32,000 nt of DNA from Geotalea uraniireducens Rf4 (GTDB taxonomy: Bacteria > Desulfobacterota > Desulfuromonadia > Geobacterales > Geobacteraceae), in the NCBI RefSeq assembly GCF_000016745.1, contig NC_009483.1:2850001-2882000 (forward strand), read 5' to 3'. The notes under the pieces were generated by a model. That model was not told where the DNA came from. It saw only the letters and a list, made by a program, of their open reading frames with translations, and did no database searches. Shown here piece after piece: positions 7,578-15,877 of this stretch. Each line of letters begins with the position of its first letter. The stretch's first letter is position 1. Made by a program: the position numbers and the translations under genes.

Positions 7578-9233
7578 ATGAAAACAGCAAAAAAGAAAGC
7601 TGGTGTTCCAGCAACAAATGATTCTGTACAACCTGAATGTACGGTAACTGAAACATCTCTTCCCAACACAGACAACTCAAATTCGCCAGCTGCAAAGGTC
7701 CGCAAATCGGCCTTCAATGAACTCGGTTTCCAGGCGACCATCGAGCTGCTTCAGGAAGAAATCCGTAGCCTCTACATTGCCGACGAAATCCCCTGGATCA
7801 TCGGCTATTCCGGCGGCAAGGATTCCACCGCAACCCTCCAACTGGTTTGGACCGCCATCGCAGAACTTCCTGCTGAACAGCGCCGGAAAACGGTCTATGC
7901 AATCTCCACCGACACCATGGTGGAAAATCCGGTCGTAGCTGCATGGGTGGCTAATTCGCTCGCTGTCATGAAGCGAGCTTCTGCCGAGCAACTGGTACCC
8001 ATACAACCTCGCCGCCTGACACCGGCTTTGGTAGATTCTTTCTGGGTCAATTTGATCGGGAAAGGGTATCCTGCCCCTCGACACAAATTCCGCTGGTGCA
8101 CGGCCCGCCTGAAAATTTCACCCTCCAACTCCTTCATCAACAGCATCGTATCTTCAAGTGTCGAAGCCATTCTCGTCCTTGGTACTAGAAAGGCAGAGAG
8201 CTCAGCCCGTGCAGCCAACATGGCTCGACATGAAAAGGGACGAGTCCGGGATCGGCTCAGTCCCAATTCCAGCTTACCTGGCTCACTCGTCTACTCTCCC
8301 ATTGAGGCTTGGACAAACGACGATGTCTGGTTTTATCTCATGCAAGTTAAAAATCCGTGGGGCTACAACAATCGGGATCTGCTTGGCATGTATGCCGGGG
8401 CATCTGCTGATGGCGAGTGTCCGCTCGTCGTAGATGATTCAACGCCGAGTTGCGGTGACTCACGTTTTGGCTGCTGGGTCTGCACCCTGGTGGACAAAGA
8501 CAAGTCCATGACCGCCATGATTCAGAATGACGAAGAAAAAGAATGGATGATGCCACTGCTCGATATCCGCGACGCTCTGGATTTCCGCAGAGACCACAAG
8601 GGCGAATACGCTGAAAATGCTGATTATGACATCCGCGATTTTCGCCGCATGAGCGGTGCCGTCCAAGTGATGTCGGGTGGCCGCCCAATTCCCGGACCCT
8701 ACATTCAGAGCGCTCGGGAAGAATGGCTTAGGAAGTTGCTCATTGCCCAAACCTACATCCGCAAAAACGGCCCACCCGAAGTACAAGGGATAGAACTGAT
8801 AACCCTGGAAGAGTTACAGGAGATCCGTCGTATCTGGGTGGTAGACAAGCACGAACTGGAAGACTCTCTGCCCCGCATTTACCGGGAAGCTACCGGCAAT
8901 GATTACCCAGGCCGCCCACTAGATGACAATCTGGTGATTGGCGAGGAAGAAATGCACGTTCTTGCCGAACTATGCGGAGAAGATCGCCTGCACTATGAGC
9001 TTACGCGCGAACTATTGAGTATAACCCGGCAACAACGGACAACCTCCCGTCGTGCCGGTCTTCATGAGCAACTAGAGAAGACCTTTTCCCGCCATTTTTA
9101 CGACGACAAGCAGGACGCCCTCACCCGCGCCCAGCAGATGGCCGATCAAAAGCAACGTTTGTCCAATAATCGCCAGCAGTTCGTTTCGGTCGTCATGGAA
9201 CCTTTGGCCTGCGATCAGGAGGGCGAAGCATGA
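7578..9233 (+). CDS. dndC: DndC (PAPS-reductase/PP-loop ATP pyrophosphatase family sulfurtransferase)
   Basis: PP-loop SGGKDS (IGYSGGKDSTAT) and Cys cluster CGDSRFGCWVC. 551 aa. Stop overlaps the dndD start (ATGA at 9230-9233). Confidence 0.9.
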   Translation: MKTAKKKAGVPATNDSVQPECTVTETSLPNTDNSNSPAAKVRKSAFNELGFQATIELLQEEIRSLYIADEIPWIIGYSGGKDSTATLQLVWTAIAELPAEQRRKTVYAISTDTMVENPVVAAWVANSLAVMKRASAEQLVPIQPRRLTPALVDSFWVNLIGKGYPAPRHKFRWCTARLKISPSNSFINSIVSSSVEAILVLGTRKAESSARAANMARHEKGRVRDRLSPNSSLPGSLVYSPIEAWTNDDVWFYLMQVKNPWGYNNRDLLGMYAGASADGECPLVVDDSTPSCGDSRFGCWVCTLVDKDKSMTAMIQNDEEKEWMMPLLDIRDALDFRRDHKGEYAENADYDIRDFRRMSGAVQVMSGGRPIPGPYIQSAREEWLRKLLIAQTYIRKNGPPEVQGIELITLEELQEIRRIWVVDKHELEDSLPRIYREATGNDYPGRPLDDNLVIGEEEMHVLAELCGEDRLHYELTRELLSITRQQRTTSRRAGLHEQLEKTFSRHFYDDKQDALTRAQQMADQKQRLSNNRQQFVSVVMEPLACDQEGEA

Positions 9234-11206
9234 TACTGGATACGATCATACTGGAAAACTATGGTGCTTACGGTGGACGGCAGGAAGCTCTCCTTACTCC
9301 TGAAGAGGGGAAGCCTATCATCCTTTTCGGTGGTATGAACGGCGGCGGTAAAACAACCCTGCTCGACGCTATTCAACTGGCCTTCTATGGGCCAAAGGCG
9401 CGTATCTCCAACCGGGGCAAGCTTGGCTATAAGGAGTACCTCCGGGAATCGATCCACCGCGGCGGAGATCCGGGCGAAGGGGCCGGCATCACGGTGCGCT
9501 TCCGCCGGGTCATCGAAGGTAAAAGTAGAAATTTCGAATTACAACGTTGCTGGCGTGAAGGGGTTAAAGGAATCGAGGAAACTGTTAGGGTCCTTCGTGA
9601 TGGCCTCCCCGATGATATATTCACCGAACATTGGGATGAATCCATCGAAGCCTATCTCCCCAGCAGTATCGCCCACCTCTTCTTCTTTGACGGCGAACAG
9701 ATCAAGGAGTTGGCCGAGGGTGGCCACGCTGCTGATATTCTCGGCACAGCCATCCACTCCCTGCTGGGTCTTGATTTGGTTGATCGCCTGGAAAACGATC
9801 TCAAGGTGTTTGAACGGCGCAAGAAAGCCGAAGGACTCGACCCCGAAGCAACAAGGAAGCTAGCAATTGCGCGAAGTGAGTTCGTTGAAATCTTCCGGGA
9901 GGAGGAAAAGGCCGCTTCGTTGTCGGGTGCACTCACCAATGAATCAAACCAACTTGCAAAGGAATTGCATGCTAAAGAAGAATTATTCCGGAAGGAAGGT
10001 GGCGATCTTTTTTTACGGCGCAAAGAGCTGGAAGATGAGCTAGTCGCACTGAAGGCCCGGAAAGCAGCAACAGAGGCGCAATTCCGAGAGCTGATCGCTG
10101 GACCGCTGCCGTTCCTTCTGGTGGAAAACCTGCTTGCCGAAGTGGAGCAGGTCGTTCGTCATGAAACCGAAATAAAGCGTGCTCGGGTATTGTTGGAGGT
10201 ATTGGAAACCCGCGACACTGAGGTGCTGGACTCCCTGAAAGCGGAAAAGATCGGTGGGCAGCTACTTCGCTCCATGGACAGGATTCTGGAAAAAGACCGC
10301 AAAAGCAGGGCCGGACTAGCGAAGAAAACATTAATTCTCGACGCAGATGACACTCTGGCCCCGCAGATAGCCCATTTGCGTGGGACCGTACTCCCGACAG
10401 CCGAACAACAGGCGTGTGACTTCACTGCAAAAATTGCTGCCTTGGACGAGAAAATTGCCCGACTGGAAGGTGAACTGGATCGTGCTCCGACTGCGGAGCG
10501 GATTGCAGAAGTTCAAGAGGTGCTGGAAGCAGCCCGAAAAGCCCATCAGGCTAAACTGGCTGAACTTGAGGCGATAAAGGTGCGCCGCCAGGCGTTACAG
10601 CGGCAACGACTGATGGCGGAAGCCAGGTTAGACAAGATGGGAGAAAATGATGTTAATTCCCAATTCCATGAGGATGGCCGCCTGCGGATGCTTAAACACT
10701 CGCTTCGGGTGCGTGAGACTCTTGGGCGATTCCGCACTAAGATCGTAAAACATCACACTGAGAACATGGAATCGCTGATGCTTGAATCCTTCTGCAAGCT
10801 GCTCCGTAAGAAGGAGTTGGTTAGTGGACTAAAGATAAATCCTGAGACATTCGAGGCCACGCTTGTAACCAAGGATGGGAAGATCCTCCCCTTTGAACGT
10901 CTTTCCGCTGGCGAAAAGCAACTCCTAGCAACGTCACTTCTCTGGGGTCTTGCTCGCGCTTCCGGACGCCCTGTGCCAACAATTATTGACACTCCACTGG
11001 GGCGGCTCGACTCTTCACACCGTAAGCATCTGATAGAACGCTACTTCCCGAATGCCTCCCATCAGGTTCTATTGTTGTCTACAGATGAGGAGATTGTTGG
11101 GACTTATTACAAGGAACTGAAACCCTTCATAACCAGAACCTATCTTCTTGAGCACAACGAGGAGGCGGGGCAAACAAATCTTAAGCAAGGATACTTCAAC
11201 GTATGA
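9230..11206 (+). CDS. dndD: DndD (SMC/ABC-like ATPase)
   Basis: Walker A GGMNGGGKTT, long coiled-coil middle, signature-like LSAGEKQ, Walker B/D-loop TIIDTPLGRLD. ATGA overlaps at both ends. Confidence 0.9.
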   Translation: MILDTIILENYGAYGGRQEALLTPEEGKPIILFGGMNGGGKTTLLDAIQLAFYGPKARISNRGKLGYKEYLRESIHRGGDPGEGAGITVRFRRVIEGKSRNFELQRCWREGVKGIEETVRVLRDGLPDDIFTEHWDESIEAYLPSSIAHLFFFDGEQIKELAEGGHAADILGTAIHSLLGLDLVDRLENDLKVFERRKKAEGLDPEATRKLAIARSEFVEIFREEEKAASLSGALTNESNQLAKELHAKEELFRKEGGDLFLRRKELEDELVALKARKAATEAQFRELIAGPLPFLLVENLLAEVEQVVRHETEIKRARVLLEVLETRDTEVLDSLKAEKIGGQLLRSMDRILEKDRKSRAGLAKKTLILDADDTLAPQIAHLRGTVLPTAEQQACDFTAKIAALDEKIARLEGELDRAPTAERIAEVQEVLEAARKAHQAKLAELEAIKVRRQALQRQRLMAEARLDKMGENDVNSQFHEDGRLRMLKHSLRVRETLGRFRTKIVKHHTENMESLMLESFCKLLRKKELVSGLKINPETFEATLVTKDGKILPFERLSAGEKQLLATSLLWGLARASGRPVPTIIDTPLGRLDSSHRKHLIERYFPNASHQVLLLSTDEEIVGTYYKELKPFITRTYLLEHNEEAGQTNLKQGYFNV

Positions 11207-11601
11207 GACCACCAGTTGAGCATGTGCGAGTTAGCACTAAGGGGAAAGAAATATTAATCAAGATAAAAAGACGTACAGGTCTAGAGCATTGGAACGAAGT
11301 ATGTAGAGTGGCACTTTGCCATTCGCTTTCAAATCCAACATCGCCTCCGAAGCTTGAAAGAGTCAGTGACAGCACAATCGATATTGAATGGAAAACGTTC
11401 GCAGGACAGTATCAAAAAGAATTTGCTGCTATGATCATGCTTAGGAGCAAGCAACATGGCATAAATATAAACGATAGAGAGGAAATAGCTCAATATTTTC
11501 GATCTCACCTAGAGAGAGGAATCGTGTCCTTGCAGACTAGCAAAGATGTTAGCAGCTTGTTCCATTATTCTCAGCATTTTGAGTTGAAAGATAATCCATG
11601 A
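11203..11601 (+). CDS. dndE: DndE
   Basis: 132 aa. N-terminus RVSTKGKEILIKIKRRTGLEHWNEVCRVALCHSL fits the DndE pattern. Translationally coupled to dndD (ATGA at 11203-11206). Confidence 0.8.
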   Translation: MRPPVEHVRVSTKGKEILIKIKRRTGLEHWNEVCRVALCHSLSNPTSPPKLERVSDSTIDIEWKTFAGQYQKEFAAMIMLRSKQHGININDREEIAQYFRSHLERGIVSLQTSKDVSSLFHYSQHFELKDNP

Positions 11602-11995
11602 TTTGTTCGTAAACTTTTACAGCCAATTCATCTCCCCATGAGTACCTGCACCTAGCAGGTGCAGTTCTAGTAGTATCTGAAATTATTTTTTCAATAGGTG
11701 CCAATCGAGGGAGATTAAGAATGCACTTTTCATGAACTCTGTGTTCAATATATTGAGTGACTATTTTATGTTCATCCTGAGATAACTTTGCGATTTCTTT
11801 ACAGTCTATACAAAGAAATACTATCTCCTCATCCATTGCCCATAAATCTTGATCAGCTTCCTTTAATCTCTTTGTGAAACTTCCAATCTCTTGTAAATGC
11901 TGCCCCCATCTAGATACAGGATGTTGCTGTGTCTCTCCAATATAAATGCAGTAGCTTTTTATAATCGCATAGATGTAAGGATGATGCGACTTACC
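11549..11995 (-). pseudogene. GIY-YIG nuclease-family gene, 3' portion; the 5' 11 codons lie at 13404-13436 on the far side of the IS
   Basis: YIYAIIKSYCIYIGET supplies the GIY...YIG motifs. The track ORF begins with a TTG inside the IS terminal repeat. Deleting 11996-13409 restores ATG ATT CGT TTT GCT GGA GCT ATA AGG GGT AAG | TCG CAT... in frame. Confidence 0.75.
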
Positions 11996-13403
11996 TGTCA
12001 AATGTCAGGACATCGGTTACCCAAGCCTAACTCTAAAAAGTGTCAGGACATCGGTTACCCGACCCCCTGATTATGCATACTATTTCATGAGCTGAACTCT
12101 GTAGGCATTCTGTACTCAAAGCTTTGAACAAAGTCTTCACCCAGGTACACTTGCAGCGTGTGAATTTCCGTTACGATCATGGCTCGCACATATGAATAGA
12201 CGAGGTCTTTTGAAACCTCAAATTTTTCGCCAAAGATGTTAAGTGTTCTATCGCTCCTGATAAATCTAATGAGCGAAATGGTGCCGTCCGGGAGAAAATC
12301 AAGTTTTGGCATCCTGGTATTTGGCCCCAGCGTCAAGGGCTTGAATTTGTCAGCTTCAATAACCTCCAGTGGCGTTTTCCCCTTGAGATAGCTGTAACGG
12401 TGATTCTTGTTGTGAAACTGCTGGAAATTCTTGCTTTGCCGCTTGAGCATGGAATAGCTTGTGAACCACTGGCGGCGAAAAAACTTTTTGTCATAGGTAT
12501 CGTTGAAGCTCTCTATTACGCCATCGCGCCACGGTTCCGCAACAGGGATAAAAACAGGATGAACGCCGAAGTAGAGACATAGTCGCAGCACCAGACCAAG
12601 TGACCTCGGATAGCGGTTACTGCCACGGAAACTGAGTTCATTGTCCATTTGCAGGAAGTCGGGAAGCCCCATTGACTTCCAGCAGCGCAGCAAACCCTGT
12701 GCAATGTTGTCATCCTCCTTGGTGCGATTTGATTCGATGAAGACCCGATGGCTGTACAGATCAATCACATTCATCGAGTAAAATCTGCCGTCACTCTTGA
12801 TGTAGCGGGGGCCAACAAGATCCATCTGATGGATGTTGTTGCAGCACAGGGCTTCGGTAAAGTACGGGTACTCGACCCCTTTGGGGGAATATCTCGTTTT
12901 TTTTAACGAGTCCTTCCCGCTTCAGGGTCCGGTTAATGGTGCTGTCAGAGCGAAACGGTAACCCCAGCTTATGCAGCTCCCACTTGATAGCGGAAACGCC
13001 AATCTGTGCAAATGGTGACGAGTCCAGGCGGTTTCTGGTGGAGACAATAATCTCCTTATCTACGATGCTGAGTTCAGACGGTCTTTTAAGTGGCGCTCTT
13101 GAGTGTTCCTTGTACCAGTCAGTCGCGCCAGATTGATACCGGTTCAACCACTTAAAAAACCACTTCTTGGAGCGATCAAGGCTTGTATAGACTGCCTTGG
13201 GTGATTCGCCTGCAAGATGGCGCTGGACTGCTTGTTTCCTGAGTTCTTCTTCCATGCGGATGTTCTCCCCTCAAGTTGAAATCACAGAGAACATTGTAGC
13301 TGATATTTCTAATGAAGGTAACCGATGTCTTGACACAAAAAAGGGCGTTAAGGGTAACCGATGTCTTGACACATCCGGGTAACCGATGTCCTGACACTTG
13401 TCA
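11996..13403 (-). mobile_element. IS element (1408 bp), rve/DDE transposase, IS481-like or IS3-superfamily
   Basis: Terminal inverted repeats tgtcaaatgtcaggacatcggttaccc (left) and gggtaaccgatgtcctgacacttgtca (right). Direct 6-bp duplication CTTACC at 11990-11995 and 13404-13409. The about 20-bp IR core is reiterated subterminally (12003, 12040; 13317, 13352, 13377). Confidence 0.85.
12085..13255 (-). CDS. Transposase, HTH N-terminal part plus DDE integrase core, split into two frames at an A8 run
   Basis: ORF 12791-13255 carries the HTH part and ORF 12085-12825 the rve core (HQMD...LQMDNE...GVIESFN). The downstream frame stays open back to the A8 run (plus-strand T8 at 12897-12904), giving ...KKTRYSPKGVEYPYFTEALCCNNIHQMDLVGPRYI. 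Confidence 0.7.
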
Positions 13404-13432
13404 CTTACCCCTTATAGCTCCAGCAAAACGAA

Positions 13433-15133
13433 TCATATTTTAATATTCCCAAAAATATGCTGATTGCCAGTTGCCCAGGCGCTTATGTTAAATGAAAGAA
13501 CGGAATAATATCGTTCAAATACTTTTCTAATACTATCTTCTGGCACCAAAGTTAAATTCTCGTAAGTTTTATTTTCACCAATTGCGCAGCAGAAAATAAC
13601 AGCTTCAAGCGCAAGTCTTTCTGGAGAAGACTCATCCAAATTTCCGAGAACAGATTGATAGAACGCATGTCTCCTGTTGATAATTACATAAGTTCCTTGT
13701 ACAGCGTCTTTCTGAGTACTCCACAGATTAATACCTGGAAGGTTGTCACTGTAACGTATCTTCACAAAATCACTCTCTTCAGTTGTAGAGGTCTCTTCTT
13801 CAGGCTCCTCAGGCTTAATTTTATCAAGAGTCTCCTTAGATTCTTCTTCTCGTTTCTTAGCTCTTTCCTTCCTCTCTGCTGGATCTGGTGGTGTAAGATC
13901 CTCGATAGGATCCTCTTCTGGGACCGAATCAACAGTATTTGTGAAGCCAGCACCCTCCCCATTCCCCTTTCGAAGAAGATCCTTACATACAGCAAAAACT
14001 TGAGCAGCTTGTTTTCGCGGCAATCGCATGAGGAGATCTAGATTATTCCTGGTTTCGTCATCCATTTCTAGACGCTGTTTTGACACATCAACATGTAAAA
14101 GGTCATCGTGTTCTGTTAATAATTCCATACGAGCACGAAACCCTATTAAATCTTTTGGCACCAAGTTGTCAAGATCATCTCCCCAACGAATAAGCCGACC
14201 GTTTCTATAAATAAAAAATCCTTTATTCTCCCGTGATACTCGGTATGTTCTAATACGCGCCCTATCATCCTCACCAAGAGGAGACGAAGAAGCCCCCATA
14301 GTATCCTGTGGAAATGTCACAACCTCTAGTTTTATTGGTGGTGCCCCCTCTTCTCCTAAAGCAGGAATATTCCACTCTCCTTTGAAGGCGAAACACGGTT
14401 TTTTCGCATCATATGATGTAGGATCGAAACCAGGATCAGAATCATGTGTAAACAATATATCGAAAGGCTTAATATCTAGACCTTCTTCCCCAGGGTATAT
14501 TAACTTAATATTTAAGCGCGAACCCTCCGATGCAGATAAAAATGAATAGTAAGTTACTCCTAGACGATGTTTGAGTTTCTCTATAGTAGTCTTTGCCGAG
14601 GTATGGTAAATAGAGCCACAACCTGATATTTCAACGATAGTTCCTGAAGAATTAGGCAACAGAGAAGTAATTTCTTCTTTTTCAATTGCTGTTAAGTCTT
14701 CACAACAGACAACATATTCGTTTCTTGCTTCAATCACTTTTCTGTCTAAAAAATACTTTCGCGTTAGCTGACCTTCTGTTTTACTGATGATTTGAATTCG
14801 AAGTCCCAAAGAAAACCCAGCAGACTTTAATCCCATCCCATACTTAGACAGACTGTTCTGCTTGTAGTTAGCATCTGAGCCAAGCTTGAAAGCGTTTTTT
14901 ATTCCATCCTCATCCATGCCCTTCCCATCATCAACAACACGATACCTCGCGACATTATTCCTCTGATTTATCGTTTTTCCTTCAACCAAGTCAACGTAGA
15001 GCTTTACATTTAAAGCATCGGCGGCAACAGAGTTATCAATAATATCCATTAGTGCTGAATGTGGCTCATAGCCTATTCTCGCTATTGCATCGCAAACACG
15101 AACAGCATTCATTGAGATAGGAATTGTTTCCAT
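13433..15133 (-). CDS. GHKL-superfamily ATPase (HATPase_c_3 / MORC-like), 566 aa
   Basis: Bergerat-fold motifs: N-box MDIIDNSVAADA, DDGKGMDEDG, SKYGMGLKSAGF. Acidic low-complexity linker (EEDPIEDL...EEPEEETSTTEESD). AGGAGA RBS 7 nt upstream of the ATG. Confidence 0.75.
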   Translation of the reverse strand: METIPISMNAVRVCDAIARIGYEPHSALMDIIDNSVAADALNVKLYVDLVEGKTINQRNNVARYRVVDDGKGMDEDGIKNAFKLGSDANYKQNSLSKYGMGLKSAGFSLGLRIQIISKTEGQLTRKYFLDRKVIEARNEYVVCCEDLTAIEKEEITSLLPNSSGTIVEISGCGSIYHTSAKTTIEKLKHRLGVTYYSFLSASEGSRLNIKLIYPGEEGLDIKPFDILFTHDSDPGFDPTSYDAKKPCFAFKGEWNIPALGEEGAPPIKLEVVTFPQDTMGASSSPLGEDDRARIRTYRVSRENKGFFIYRNGRLIRWGDDLDNLVPKDLIGFRARMELLTEHDDLLHVDVSKQRLEMDDETRNNLDLLMRLPRKQAAQVFAVCKDLLRKGNGEGAGFTNTVDSVPEEDPIEDLTPPDPAERKERAKKREEESKETLDKIKPEEPEEETSTTEESDFVKIRYSDNLPGINLWSTQKDAVQGTYVIINRRHAFYQSVLGNLDESSPERLALEAVIFCCAIGENKTYENLTLVPEDSIRKVFERYYSVLSFNISAWATGNQHIFGNIKI

Positions 15134-15151
15134 AAATTTTCTCCTCTAAAT

Positions 15152-15877
15152 TCAAATAGTGAGTTCTAAATCCAACCGCCCTGCGCTTTCTTCTTTCTGT
15201 GTTTCAATAAACGCAAGCAAGCCATCCAGATCGAGCGGACGACCAGTAAAGAAGTCCCTCAAAATCTCAAGCCCTCCATTCGCATACTCCTGAAATACGG
15301 AAACCCTATCGTCCTCCGCTTCCGCAGAACCCGAGAGACAATTGGAGTTTTGGGTTTCAGCCAGTGTCATAAGGTAGAGCACACCCGGCCAGGCTGGACA
15401 GTTGCCAAAGGTACTTTGATCAATTCCTTTGCCTGCATCAACAGCCTTCAGCGGCAATCGCTTATCATTCCTCATCCCTACCTGAGCGGCAAAAAGGAGA
15501 AGCTTCCATATTTCCTTGAAAACACCGACTTGATCGGACATCAGGGTCTTGATGATTTCCTCTTTATCATTTGCCCGTTGAATTCGTTTCATACCGGAAC
15601 CCGCCCTTTTCCTTGCAGTTGTTCGTATGCCAGAACTCAAATCATAAACATCATCACTCACCATTTCGAACAACACCTCGTCTGAAGAATCCACACGTTC
15701 AACGTTTCCAGTCTGCCTGCGAATTGTAGTCCGCAGTACATGCTCAGGTGTTGGTGTATTGAACTCGTAAAGCTTTCTTCGCACGATTTCAGCGTAAATC
15801 TCATCAATGGACGCTGCTCTGCCCAGAGCACGCAGCACCTTCTGCGCTACTTCGGCGATAGTGTCTTTGGTGTTCAT
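15152..15877 (-). CDS. HARE-HTH/Mrr_N-like winged-helix protein with an uncharacterised C-terminal domain (possibly a Dnd-associated family)
   Basis: The N-terminus VAQKVLRALGRAASIDEIYAEIVRRKLYEFNTPTPEHVLRTTIRR...LFEMVSDDVYDL fits the HARE-HTH pattern. I could not place the C-terminal half. ATGA overlap with the upstream gene at 15874-15877. Confidence 0.5.
   Translation of the reverse strand: MNTKDTIAEVAQKVLRALGRAASIDEIYAEIVRRKLYEFNTPTPEHVLRTTIRRQTGNVERVDSSDEVLFEMVSDDVYDLSSGIRTTARKRAGSGMKRIQRANDKEEIIKTLMSDQVGVFKEIWKLLLFAAQVGMRNDKRLPLKAVDAGKGIDQSTFGNCPAWPGVLYLMTLAETQNSNCLSGSAEAEDDRVSVFQEYANGGLEILRDFFTGRPLDLDGLLAFIETQKEESAGRLDLELTI

Noticed and set aside
7112-8786. Several 100-200-aa minus-strand ORFs inside dndB/dndC
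   Set aside because: They overlap well-supported dnd genes and have no motifs or RBS.
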